From an uncultured delta proteobacterium (lineage in GTDB: Bacteria; Myxococcota_A; Polyangia; Fen-1088): a stretch of 64,000 nucleotides of DNA. Positions 35,983 through 47,207 of this stretch are shown here, in pieces. The DNA lies in the NCBI GenBank assembly GCA_963767925.1, contig CAVYGB010000008.1, positions 3,232,001 through 3,296,000 of the forward strand, in the 5' to 3' direction. Position numbers and translations under genes: made by a program. Within the stretch, counting starts at the first letter, position 1, and every line of letters begins with the position of its first letter. The notes beneath the pieces are model-generated. The model did no database searches, had not been told where the DNA came from, and worked only from the letters and a program-made list of their open reading frames with translations.

Positions 35983-38900
35983 CTACCGTACTGGGGGGCC
36001 CGGGCGGAGCGGGGTCACGGGTGAGGGGGCCGGGGGGCGAGGCTCCACCGGGCCGGGCCGGGGTCCCCGGTTGGGCAGGTCGACGGTGAAGGTGGCGCCG
36101 GCGCCCGGCTTGCTCTCGACCCGCACCGAGCCGCCGAGGGCATCGACGATGGCCCGGGTGATGTAGAGCCCGAGGCCGAGGCCGCCGTACGAGGGCGAGC
36201 TGTCCACCCGCTCGAAGCGGCGGAACAGGCGGGCGATCCGCTGCGCTGGGATGCCGATGCCCCGGTCGGTCACCACCAGGGCGGTGCCATCGGGCTCGGC
36301 GCGCACCTCGACGTCGATGGGGTGGCCCCGCCCGAACTTGACCGCGTTGGACAGCAAGTTCGTGACCACCTGCTCGAGGCGGCGGCGGTCCCAGCGGCCG
36401 GCGGCGGGGCCGGGCAGGATCAGCCGCACGCGACAGCCGGCATCCTCGAGCTGGGGCTCGAAGCGGGCGGTCACCTCGCGCACCACCGCCGCCAGGTCCA
36501 CCGTCTCGAGAAACATCGTGAGGTGGCCGGCGCGGATGCGCGACAGATCGAGCAGCTCGTCGATGAGGGCGGACAGCCGCTCGGTCTGGCGGGCCGCCAC
36601 CCCCACCGCCCGCTCGATGCGCTGGCCGCTGGCCGGCTGCGATCCGTGCAGGAGGCCCTGCACCGCGAGCTGCAGCGCCGTCAGGGGGGTCTGCAGCTCG
36701 TGCGAGGCGACCGAGAGGAACTCCTCGCGCTGGCGGATCGAGTCCTGGGCCCGCTCGTAGAGGCGGGCGTTCTCCACCGAGATGGCGATCTGCGAGGAGA
36801 GGAGCTGCAGCACCCGCACCCGATCGGGGGTGAAGGCGTTGTCGACGAGGTGGTTCTCCAGGTAGAGCACGCCGAGGGGTCGCCCCTGCCGGCGGATCGG
36901 CACCAGGAGGACCGACCGGGTCTGGTGCAGATCGATGAAGGGATCGGGCACCGGGCTGCCCCGGGCGGCGCTGCCCAGCACGAGGGGATCTTCGCTCCGG
37001 TGGGCGTGGCGGACCAGGGCGCGGGGCACGTCCCGGGAGGCGGCCAGCGGCGTGCGGGCCAGCGCGGCCGGCTCCCCGCTGGGCCCGGCCGCGTGCACGA
37101 CGAGGTGGCCCTCCTCGTCGAGGGCCACCGCGCCCCGGGTGGCGCCGGCCACCTCGCAACAGACCGCGAGCAGCTTCTCGAGCAGGCGGTCGAGCACCAC
37201 CTCGCCGGAGATGGTCTCGGCGGCCTTCAGCAGGCCGATCAGGTCGAGGGTCCGGCCGGCCGCCGCGCCCGAGCCCACCAGGCCCGGGCGGGTGACCTCG
37301 CCCAGCTCGGCCGCCAGCAGGTCGGGGTACTCCTCCTCGAGCGCGGCCGCCTTGGCCCCCGCCCCCCAGCGGGCGTACCCCTCGACCGCGGCGCGCAGGT
37401 AGAGCCGGGCGATGCGCCGGCGGGCGCGGGCCCGGTAAAAACGTCCCGCCAGCTCGTTGCCCAGGGCCTCGTCCTGAACGAACCCGCCCCGGCGGGCGGC
37501 GTCGATGGCCTGGTCGTAAAGGCCCGCGGCCTCCTCGGCCCGGCTCTCGCAGCGGGCCAGCTCGGCCGAGACAAGCAGGTGCAGGTGCGCGAAGTTCTCC
37601 GGACAGCCGGCCGCCCAGGCGGCGAGCTGGGCCTGGTTGGCGGCGACCCGCTCGAGGTGGCGGGCCCGCACCTCGGGGGCCGCGCCCTCGGCCAGGCGGA
37701 GCAGGGCCAGCGAGGTGAACAGGTTGTGCTGGGTGAGGGGGAGGATCCCGAGCACCGCGGGGGCGTGCACGGCGGCGGCGTCGGCCGCGGCCAGCGCCTG
37801 GCGCAGGTCCCCGAACAGGAAGGAGGTGGAGAGGCGCAGGACGAAGTGGAGGAACTGGGCCAGGGGGTTGTCCGCGGCCGCGGCCAGGTGGGCCCGCTCG
37901 TCGAAGCCGTCGTCGTCGAAGGTGAAGCGCCCCCGGGTCTGCCCCTGCAGGCAGCGGATGGCCTGGCGGTAGGCGAGGAGGTAGTCGAGGCCCGCCTTGA
38001 CCTTGCTCCGCCGAGCCAGGGCCACCGCGCCCTCGAGCTCGGCCAGGATGCGCGGCAGATCGAGGCCCAGGTGGTAGAGGGTCAACACCAGCACCCCGCT
38101 GGCGATGACCGCGAACTGCAGCTCGCCCCCCTCGAGGCCGCGGGCCACCCCCTGGCGCAGCAGCGAGACGCTCGCGTTGAGCGGAGCGCACCAGTGGTTC
38201 ACGAAGCAGCAGAACACGTGCACGGTCCGGCACTCCAGGGCCGGATCGTCGAAGCGGCGGCTCAGCTCGACCCCCAGGCGGCCGAAGCCGTGGGCGTTGG
38301 CGTAGTCCCGGTGCAGCCCCGCCAGCAACATGCCGTAGGCGGTGTAGGCGAAGGGGGAGTGGACCGCGTTGCCGTGTTCAATCGACAGGTTGACCATGCG
38401 CCCGACGATGAGGCCAAACAGCATGGGATCGCGGACGTAGGCCGGCGACAGCAGGTTGGCCAGGAGCTGCATCCGCGCGAGCTGGACGGCGTCGAACATG
38501 AACGGCTGCTCGAGCACGTCGTGGCTGCGGCGGCCGGCCAGGCTGGCCTGCACCGCCTCCAGCTCTTGACCGACCAGCGCGGGGTTGCCCGCGGCGGGCA
38601 GGTCGAGGTCGAACAGGGCCAGCCCCCGGCGGCCCCAGGTGATGGCCTCATCCATGGCCACCCGGGTGGCGCAGGCGACGATGCGCACGTTGAACACCTC
38701 GGCCTGCTCGAACCTGGTGCGGGCGGCGGCCAGGGCCCCCTCCGCCAGCTGATCGCCAACAAGATGGTCCCCGGCGAGAAAGGCGCACTCGGCGCCCTCC
38801 CGCTGCAGGCCGAAGCGGAGGTCGTCGTGGGCCGGGCCGCTGGCGCCGGGCAGGCGCTCGAGGCCGCGGCGCAGGTAGGCCAGGGCCGGTCCGAAGGCGG

Positions 38901-41202
38901 AGGCCCCCTTGGCCTTGCGGCCTGCCGCGAGCTCGAGGCGGGCGAGCTGCTCGCGCTGGTCGGGGCCGCGGGCCAGGTCGGCCCCCCGGTCGAGCTGATC
39001 GACGATCTCGAACAGCCGCTCGTCGAGCTCGCCGGGTGAGGCGTTTTGCAGGAGCTGTTGCCCGATGGCGAGGTGGATCTGCTGGCGCGCGGGCCCGTCG
39101 AGCAGCGAAGAGGCCGCCTCCTGCACGCGGTCGTGCACGAAGCGGTAAGAGGCGGTCAGGCCCAGCCCCTCGGACTGGTCCGGGCCGGAGCCGTCGGAGA
39201 ACAGCCCCGGTCTCCGGTAGCGGGGGCCGGCCTGGTCGGGGACCAGCAACCCCTCGCGGATGGCCCCCCACAGGTCGGAGCCGATCTCTTCCTCCCGCCG
39301 CCCCGCCAGCCGGGCCAGCAGCCACAGGTCGACCCGCCCGCGCACGCAGGCCGCCATCTGCAAGAGGCGCTGGGTGGGGGCGGGCAGGTCGCGGATGGCC
39401 TCGAGCATGAGCTCGACCACGTTTTCCGTGATGCCCACCCGTTCGATGGCCTGCAGATTCCAGGTCCAGGTCCCCGCGCCCCAGTCGAACCGGAGCAGCC
39501 CGGAGCGGTGGAGGTGGCGCAGGAAGCGGACCACGAAGAAGGCATTGCCCGCGGTCTTGCGCAGCACCAGCTCGGCCAGGGGGCGGCCGGCGTCGGGGGG
39601 GACGCGCAGCCCGTCGGCCACCAGCGCGAGCAGGGACTCGCCCCCGAGGGGGCGCAGCTCGATCGAGCTGGCGGCGGGACCGCCCCGGGCGAGCGCGGCC
39701 ACCGTGGCAGCGGCGGCGCCGGTCAGGTCGGCGGGCTGGCCCCGGAGCGCGACGACGACCAGCAGATGGCGGCTGTCGGGGTGGCCGGCCAGCGCCTCCA
39801 GCAGGCGCAGCGAGCCCGGATCGGCCCACTGCAGATCGTCGAGGAAGAGGGTCAGCGGGCGCAGGCCGGCGGCCAGGGCCTGCACCAGCGCCAGAAAGGT
39901 GAGATGAAAGCGCGTCTCCGCCTCGATCGGACCCAGGGGCGGCACCGGGGTGGCGCCCCCCAGCAACGCCTCGAGCTCCGGGATCACGTCGCAGGCGACG
40001 CGGGCGTTGCGCCCGAGGGCCTGGCGCAGGCGGGATCGCCAGTCGTCCGCGGGGCGGCCCGGCTCGTCGAGCAGCCGGCCGATCAGCGGGCGGAAGGCCT
40101 CGAGGAGGGGGCCGTAGGGGACGTCGCCCTGCCGCTCGACCGGCTTGCCCCACACGAAGCCGGGGCGCACGTCCGGCTGGCGGCCGAGCTCGTGCACGAG
40201 GGCCGACTTGCCCACCCCGGCGGCGCCCCCGACGAGCACCACGGCGCTGGCCCCCGCCGCCGCGGCCTCGAAGGCGGCCCGCAGCCGGCGGCTCTCCCCC
40301 TCCCGGCCGTACAGCCGCTCTCCCCCGAAGGGGCTGGCGACCAGATCGGCGCGGGCCAGCTCGAAGTCCGGGATGTTCCCCCCGTCGCGCCAGGCCCGCT
40401 GGCCCTCTCTCAGATCGGCGAGCAACGCCTCGGCGCTCTGGTAGCGCTCCCCGGGGGCCTTGGCCAGGAGCTTGAGCACGAGATCGGAGAGGGTGCGGGG
40501 CAGCGCCGGGAGGATGCTGGTGAGGGGGACGGGGGCCTTGGCCAGGTGGGCGTGGACGATCTCGCCCGGATCACCGGCCGGAAAGGGGGGCGACCCGCTC
40601 AGCATCTCGTAGAAGGTGGCGCCCAGCGCGTAGATGTCGGCCCGGTGATCGACGACCCCGCCGGTGCGGCCGGTCTGCTCGGGGGCGATGTAGAGCAGGG
40701 TGCCCTCGAGCTCGCCCGGGACGCCCCTGGGGGCGGCCCCCGAGACCCGGGTGGCGGCGTCGAAGTCGATGAGGGTCACCCGCTGGCCGTCGCGGCCCAC
40801 CACGACGTTGAAGGGGTTGAGGTCGCGGTGGATGAGGTTGCGGCGGTGCAGGTCGGCGACGATCCGGGCGAGCTCGACCGCCATCGCCAGAAAGGCGCCC
40901 GGGTCCATCGGCTTGCGCCGCAGCCACTCGCGCAGGTTGTGGGGCCCGGCGTCGGCCAGGACCAGGGCGGGGACCTCCCCCAGCCGGTCGAGGGCCAGCG
41001 CCTGGACCACGCCGGGCAGATCGAGGCTGGTCAGCACCGCGTGCTCGTGGCGCAAGCTGGCCGCGTTCGCGGGCGAGGCGGTGGCGGGATCGATGGTCTT
41101 GAGCACCAGGGGGCGATCGTCGTCCGCCCAGCGGGCGCGGAACACGACGTGCCGCCGGCCCCGGTGCACGAGTTGCAGATCCTGGAAACCTCCCCGCGCC
41201 AT
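35983..41202 (-). CDS. Multi-domain Ser/Thr kinase - AAA ATPase - GAF - histidine kinase
   Basis: HRDLNPFN, YIAPEQTGR, GAAGVGKS, LDDLQWAD, FVHDRVQ, YLEN...AFT, SHELQTP, GLGLGL. Confidence 0.9.
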   Translation of the reverse strand: MARGGFQDLQLVHRGRRHVVFRARWADDDRPLVLKTIDPATASPANAASLRHEHAVLTSLDLPGVVQALALDRLGEVPALVLADAGPHNLREWLRRKPMDPGAFLAMAVELARIVADLHRRNLIHRDLNPFNVVVGRDGQRVTLIDFDAATRVSGAAPRGVPGELEGTLLYIAPEQTGRTGGVVDHRADIYALGATFYEMLSGSPPFPAGDPGEIVHAHLAKAPVPLTSILPALPRTLSDLVLKLLAKAPGERYQSAEALLADLREGQRAWRDGGNIPDFELARADLVASPFGGERLYGREGESRRLRAAFEAAAAGASAVVLVGGAAGVGKSALVHELGRQPDVRPGFVWGKPVERQGDVPYGPLLEAFRPLIGRLLDEPGRPADDWRSRLRQALGRNARVACDVIPELEALLGGATPVPPLGPIEAETRFHLTFLALVQALAAGLRPLTLFLDDLQWADPGSLRLLEALAGHPDSRHLLVVVALRGQPADLTGAAAATVAALARGGPAASSIELRPLGGESLLALVADGLRVPPDAGRPLAELVLRKTAGNAFFVVRFLRHLHRSGLLRFDWGAGTWTWNLQAIERVGITENVVELMLEAIRDLPAPTQRLLQMAACVRGRVDLWLLARLAGRREEEIGSDLWGAIREGLLVPDQAGPRYRRPGLFSDGSGPDQSEGLGLTASYRFVHDRVQEAASSLLDGPARQQIHLAIGQQLLQNASPGELDERLFEIVDQLDRGADLARGPDQREQLARLELAAGRKAKGASAFGPALAYLRRGLERLPGASGPAHDDLRFGLQREGAECAFLAGDHLVGDQLAEGALAAARTRFEQAEVFNVRIVACATRVAMDEAITWGRRGLALFDLDLPAAGNPALVGQELEAVQASLAGRRSHDVLEQPFMFDAVQLARMQLLANLLSPAYVRDPMLFGLIVGRMVNLSIEHGNAVHSPFAYTAYGMLLAGLHRDYANAHGFGRLGVELSRRFDDPALECRTVHVFCCFVNHWCAPLNASVSLLRQGVARGLEGGELQFAVIASGVLVLTLYHLGLDLPRILAELEGAVALARRSKVKAGLDYLLAYRQAIRCLQGQTRGRFTFDDDGFDERAHLAAAADNPLAQFLHFVLRLSTSFLFGDLRQALAAADAAAVHAPAVLGILPLTQHNLFTSLALLRLAEGAAPEVRARHLERVAANQAQLAAWAAGCPENFAHLHLLVSAELARCESRAEEAAGLYDQAIDAARRGGFVQDEALGNELAGRFYRARARRRIARLYLRAAVEGYARWGAGAKAAALEEEYPDLLAAELGEVTRPGLVGSGAAAGRTLDLIGLLKAAETISGEVVLDRLLEKLLAVCCEVAGATRGAVALDEEGHLVVHAAGPSGEPAALARTPLAASRDVPRALVRHAHRSEDPLVLGSAARGSPVPDPFIDLHQTRSVLLVPIRRQGRPLGVLYLENHLVDNAFTPDRVRVLQLLSSQIAISVENARLYERAQDSIRQREEFLSVASHELQTPLTALQLAVQGLLHGSQPASGQRIERAVGVAARQTERLSALIDELLDLSRIRAGHLTMFLETVDLAAVVREVTARFEPQLEDAGCRVRLILPGPAAGRWDRRRLEQVVTNLLSNAVKFGRGHPIDVEVRAEPDGTALVVTDRGIGIPAQRIARLFRRFERVDSSPSYGGLGLGLYITRAIVDALGGSVRVESKPGAGATFTVDLPNRGPRPGPVEPRPPAPSPVTPLRPGPPVR

Positions 41203-41285
41203 GAAAGTCGTATCGTAGGGCGATTTCGCCGGGCGCACCTCCCCTTCTGCGTACTGGATGGTGCTGTTTCAGTCGATGCGGGGTC

Positions 41286-43566
41286 TCACTGACCGCGACG
41301 GCGGCGGCCCAGGAACCCGGCGAGCGCGAGCAGCAGCCAGAGCCCGGGCGAGCCGGCGCCGGCCGCCCCGCCGAGGGCACAGCCACCCTTCGGGCCCGGA
41401 GGAGGGGCCTGATCGCAGGCCGGCAGGTTGGAGGTGATCTCCAGATCGTCGATGGCCGCCTCGACGCCGCCGTTGCTGAGGTTGGCGTCCTCGGCGACGA
41501 AGCGGAACTGGACCGGGCGGCCGACCAGCTCCGCCGGCAGCGGCACCGAGCGCAGCACCCAGCCGCTCGGTGATCTGGTTGGTCAGGCGATCGATCTCCA
41601 TCCAGCCGGCGGCCCCGCCGTCGCCGCCCGCGCCGCGCGCCTGCACCACGAGGCGGGAGTCGGGGCTCACGACCACCCCGGTGCCGCTGGCCGCCGCCTC
41701 GAGCCCGGCGAAGCTAATCCAGTAGCGCACGCGCGGCTGCCGCCAGCCCGCCCCCTCGAACACGGGGGACTGCAAGGTGGTGCGACCGCCGCGCACGAAG
41801 AAGTCCCGCGCGCCGGCGCGGGCCGCCAGGCCGGTGACCCAGGCCGCCGCGCCGCCGTGGGCCCCCGCGGGCTGCACGGCGCTGCCCACCGTGATCTCGG
41901 TGCGCTCGGGGGTGCCCCGTTCCCACACCGCCCCGGCCGAGCTGTCGGTGCCGTCGGGATTGACCTGCCAGCCGCTGTCGGACTCGAAGCCGTCCCCGGC
42001 GGCCGCCTCGGCCCCCAGCACGAGCTGCTGGCGCTTGCGGTGGTAGTGAAAGTCGCTCTGGGTGACGGCCTTGATCGAGACCTCGGCGCCGCAGGGGTGG
42101 CCCCGCAGGTCGAGCGCCAGGCTCGTCGAACGTTTGCCCCCGGCGGGCAAGGCCCCGATCGCCTGCGACTGGCTGATGGTCTTGCCGTCGACCCGGGCCT
42201 CGAGGTCGATCCGGACCCCGGTGGCCTCGCGCTGGCCCGGGTTGTCGAGGTCCACCTCGACCGCCAGGGGACCCCAGGCGGGCGGCTGGCGGGTCGGGTT
42301 GAAGCGCAGGTCGACGACGTCGGAGCGGGCGTCGCCGCAGTCCTGCGAGACCAAGGTGCAAACAACCATCCGGTTGCCGGTGGCGGCGCGCATCCATTGC
42401 TCCCAGAGCAGGCGGGCCCGATCGATGCGCCCGGCGACCTGGACGGCCAGGGGGCTGTCCGCGGTCTCGCCCGGGCGGGTGACAACCACCTGCACCTCGC
42501 GGAAGTAGTCCTGGCGGGCTCCCGCCAGCAGCTCGTCGAAGGCGGGGACCCGGGGGCCGTTGGCCGCCACGATGTCGTCGATGGTGACCTCGACCCGGGT
42601 GCCGGTGATGGTGTTCTGCAGGGGCTTGGGGGTGCTGGCGTACTGGCCGCAGCCGGCCCGCCGGTAGCCGGGGATGTCGTCGATGAAGAAGAAGCTCGGC
42701 ATCTCGTCGGGGGGCAAGAGGCCCATGCCGTAGAGATCGAGGTTGCCGAAGCGGAAGGTGCGGTCGGACCCGGCGGAGAAGGTGCCGTCCCGGTTGTCGG
42801 TCCAGGCGAGCCCGTCGTGCACCGAGCCCTGGGTGTCGACGAAGCGGCTGTAGTGCGAGCAGTCGCGACCGAGCAACACGTCCGAGCTGAGGCCGGTGCG
42901 CGGGTCGCGCACCGACATGAACATCATCCAGCGGTGGCCGCTCTCCTGCCCCCAGATCTCGAGCAGGGGGCGCCAGGCCACCTCGGTGTCCTGGTTCACG
43001 CCCTGCCAGACCCGCTTCATGTTGAGGATCGAGCGCAAGGTCCCGGCCGAGCCGTACTGGCGGCCGGCGTCGCGGGGGTTGATGCCCAGACCGCGCACGT
43101 CGGCCTTGACCGTGAACTCGTAGGCCCCGGCGTCCTGGGTGGCGGTCTCGTCGAAGGTGAGCCAGAGGGTCATGGCCGAGAAGTTGTCGCCGAAGCGCTC
43201 GAGCACCTTGCGGGCCACCTCGGCCATGCGCACCCCCACCCGGTTGCCGTCGGTGGCGACGGTCTGCTCGCTGCCCTCGACGACAACCACCTCCCCCACC
43301 TGGCTCACGCCTCCCTGGTCGGGGTAATAGCCAGGGTTCTGGCGGCGAAAGGCGGCCGCCCGCTCGGCGAACCCCGCGGGGACCTGGAGCTGGCCCGGGC
43401 TGCCGTCCACCCGCACCATGGTGGGCGGCTTGACGTGCATCGCGGGGTCGTAGGCCGAGACCCAGCGCGTCTGGGCCTGCGCCGGGCGGGCGAGCCCCGG
43501 GCCGAGCAGCAGGAGCGAAAACGCGGAAAGGGCGATCGAGGAGCTGAGCGACAGCGGGCTTGGCAT
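41286..43566 (-). CDS. Secreted MYXO-CTERM protein, putative zinc metallopeptidase (frameshift near C-terminus)
   Basis: Signal peptide; QESGHRW...SHYS...LDLYGMG; C-terminus GGCALGG...LWLLLALAGFLGRRRR in a second frame. Confidence 0.6.
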
Positions 43567-43635
43567 CGGCCTCCGGGGGGATCTCTTACTTGACCCCAGG
43601 AGGGTGCCCGCCGGCAAGGGCCAGGCGGGCGCCGC

Positions 43636-44502
43636 TCAGACGCCAGCGAGGAAAGCCTGGGCGGCGTGGCTCAGCGTGCGGTGGGCGGGGTGCACGAGGT
43701 GGATCTTCCGCTCGACGTGCAGCTCCTTGATGCGCACCTCGCGCAGCGCGCCCTGGGCGATCTCCTCCTCGACGCACATGCGGGGCAGAAAGGCGACGCC
43801 CTCGTCCTGCTGGACCAGCTTGCGGATGGTCTCGATGGTGGGCATCTCCACGTCGCGGTTGAGCGGGACCCGCAGGCGCTGGAACTCGCGCTCCACCACG
43901 TCGCGGTAGGGCGAGATCACGTTGTGGGCGATGAAGGTCTCCATCCCCAGCTCGGAGATGGAGACCGTCTTGCGGCGGGCCAGGCGGTGCTGGGGCGACA
44001 CGACGAAGGCCAGGTGGTCGGTGTAGATCACCCGGGAGACGAGGCGGTCGTCCTCGGGGGCGTAGCTGATCACGCCCAGCTCGAGGTCCCCCTCGATCAG
44101 CTCGGCGGGGATGCGGCTCGACAGGCTCCGGCGGATCTGCACCCGCACCCGCGGGTAACGCCGGCGGTATTCGGTGAGGTGCGGCAGCAGGTAGAGGGTC
44201 GTCGACTCGTTGGCCCCGATGGTGAGCCGGCCGCTGGCGTTGTCCCGCCGCTCGGACATGCTGGTGAGCAGCTCCTGGCGCAGGTTATCGAAGCGGCGGG
44301 CAAAATCGAGGACCATGGTCCCCGCGTCGGTCAGGCGGACCGCCCGCCCCTGCCGGTCGATGAGCCGTTCGCCGAGCTCCTCCTCGAGGCGCTGCACCGC
44401 CAGGGAGATGGCGGGCTGGGTGCGGGCCAGGCGGCTGGCCGCCCGGGAGAAGCTCTTTTCGGTGGCGACCGCGCGGAAGACCTGCAATCCGTGAAGATCC
44501 AT
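43636..44502 (-). CDS. LysR family transcriptional regulator
   Basis: SFSRAASRLARTQPAISLAVQRLEEELG, LTDAG. Confidence 0.93.
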   Translation of the reverse strand: MDLHGLQVFRAVATEKSFSRAASRLARTQPAISLAVQRLEEELGERLIDRQGRAVRLTDAGTMVLDFARRFDNLRQELLTSMSERRDNASGRLTIGANESTTLYLLPHLTEYRRRYPRVRVQIRRSLSSRIPAELIEGDLELGVISYAPEDDRLVSRVIYTDHLAFVVSPQHRLARRKTVSISELGMETFIAHNVISPYRDVVEREFQRLRVPLNRDVEMPTIETIRKLVQQDEGVAFLPRMCVEEEIAQGALREVRIKELHVERKIHLVHPAHRTLSHAAQAFLAGV

Positions 44503-44540
44503 GTTCAAGCCGTTCGATGAGAATTGAAAGAAGACGGAGG

Positions 44541-44573
44541 ATAAGTTTCGCTTATAGAATAAGCAAAACCTAT
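44541..44573. promoter_or_regulatory. Tandem LysR T-N11-A boxes
   Basis: ATAAG-TTTCG-CTTAT (44541-44555) and ATAAG-CAAAA-CCTAT (44559-44573) in the AT-rich divergent spacer. Confidence 0.65.
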
Positions 44574-44659
44574 AGATGCCGACACAATAATAAATTCGTC
44601 AAATCCAGCGGACGTCTTTATCCTGGTGGAACATTCTTTTTGCAGAGGGGCCACCACTC

Positions 44660-45812
<1,153 letters not shown>

Positions 45813-45836
45813 CCCGCTCCGCGGTATGGTCCGCGG

Positions 45837-47048
45837 ATGAGGAGCTTCCTGGCGGCCGCGCTCGTGCTCGCGGCCGCGCCGGTGGCCGCGCAGCCGACGC
45901 CGGCGGTGACGACCCTGCACCCCATCTTCGCGGCGGTGCCCGAGCTGCCGCAAGGGGACGAGGCCCACACCCGCTTCGTGGCCGCGGCCAGGCGCCACGG
46001 GCTGGGGCCGGTCGAGGTGATGGATGTGCCCGGCCCGACGCCGGCCCGGGCCAAGGCCTTGCTGCGGGTGGGACGGGCGGCGGTCGAGGCAAAGAAGTTC
46101 GGTGAGGCGGAGGCGGCGCTCGACGAGGCGGCGGCCGACGTCAACGCCCGGGGGGCGGCCGGGTTGACCCCCCGGGAGCTGGCCGACGTCTTCCTGTTTC
46201 TGGGGATGGCCACCCAGAAGGCCGACTGGAAGGACCTGCCAGGTCCCCTGACCGCCATCACGCCGTCCAAGGCCCGGGAGGCCTACCTGAGGGCGGCGGT
46301 GCTGGACCGCGAGCGGGCGCTCTTACCCCGGGAGTTCCCGCCGCTGGCCATCGAGAGCTGGCGGCTGGCGGTCGCCGAGATCGGGCAGCGGCCGCGGGGG
46401 ACCATCCTGGTGCGGGCGGCCACCAGCGCCCTCATCTCGGTCGACGGCGGACCGCTCAAGCCGGGCATCTTGCCCGCCCAGGACCTGGTATTCGGCGAGC
46501 ACTGGGTGCGGGTGGAGGACGCCGGCCGCCAGCCCTGGACGGCGGTGATCCCCCTGTCCGAGCAGTCGATGGAGGTGGACGTGCCACCCGGCAACCCCCT
46601 CGGGCTCGACGACCGGGTGGCGGCGGCGCACGCCCGGCGGCAGGGCGCCGCCTTCGCCCTCGTGGCCGAGCTGAAGCCGGGGCGGCCGGCGTCGCTCGAG
46701 CTGCGCCTCATCGAGGCGGCCGGCGGGGTCCGCCGCGACAGCACCACCCTGCCCTTCCCCGGTGACGTCGGGCAGCTCGAGGCGGCGGTCATGCGGCTCG
46801 ACGAGCACGCCCGCCGGTCGCGCCTGACCCAGCCGGCGGTGACCCGGGTGCCGGCGCCGGCGCTGGGGGCGATCTCGGTGGCGCCGGTGGTGCGCGAGCT
46901 GCCCGACGAGGCCCTGCGCAAGCCCGCCCTGCGCGACGACCCGCGCGGCTGGGCCAGGGCGCGCTGGCCCCTGCTGACGGCGGTGGGGACGGCGATGGTG
47001 ACCGCGCTGGTGCTGGGCCTCCTCGTCGCTCGCGACCAGGGCGACTGA
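45837..47048 (+). CDS. Hypothetical exported protein (TPR-like and PEGA-like segments, C-terminal TM)
   Basis: Signal peptide, helical region, ISVDG...GEHWVRVE, hydrophobic C-terminus. Confidence 0.55.
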   Translation: MRSFLAAALVLAAAPVAAQPTPAVTTLHPIFAAVPELPQGDEAHTRFVAAARRHGLGPVEVMDVPGPTPARAKALLRVGRAAVEAKKFGEAEAALDEAAADVNARGAAGLTPRELADVFLFLGMATQKADWKDLPGPLTAITPSKAREAYLRAAVLDRERALLPREFPPLAIESWRLAVAEIGQRPRGTILVRAATSALISVDGGPLKPGILPAQDLVFGEHWVRVEDAGRQPWTAVIPLSEQSMEVDVPPGNPLGLDDRVAAAHARRQGAAFALVAELKPGRPASLELRLIEAAGGVRRDSTTLPFPGDVGQLEAAVMRLDEHARRSRLTQPAVTRVPAPALGAISVAPVVRELPDEALRKPALRDDPRGWARARWPLLTAVGTAMVTALVLGLLVARDQGD

Positions 47049-47091
47049 CCCGCACCCACCGGGCCCCACAGCGCCCTCCCTCGTCGCCAAG

Positions 47092-47150
47092 AAAGCGCGA
47101 GCAAAAGCGCGAGCAAAAGCGCGAACAAGACGGCACAAGCGCGAGCAAGA
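47092..47150 (+). repeat. 12-bp tandem repeat AAAGCGCGAGCA (three copies plus a degenerate copy)
   Basis: Copies at 47092, 47104 and 47116 (one mismatch), plus a partial copy near 47137. Confidence 0.7.
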
Positions 47151-47207
47151 CGGCGCCAGAGGACGCAAGAGCGCGCACGGGGCCCGCTCCACGCGGTAAA
47201 ATGGAGC

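Noticed and set aside
34391..38233. 1280-aa ORF
   Set aside because: Only the last ~500 aa from ATG 35902 are protein-like; the rest is an off-frame read of the hybrid kinase.
47092..47175. CRISPR array
   Set aside because: Repeats are 12 bp and contiguous with no spacers, and no cas genes are present in the window.
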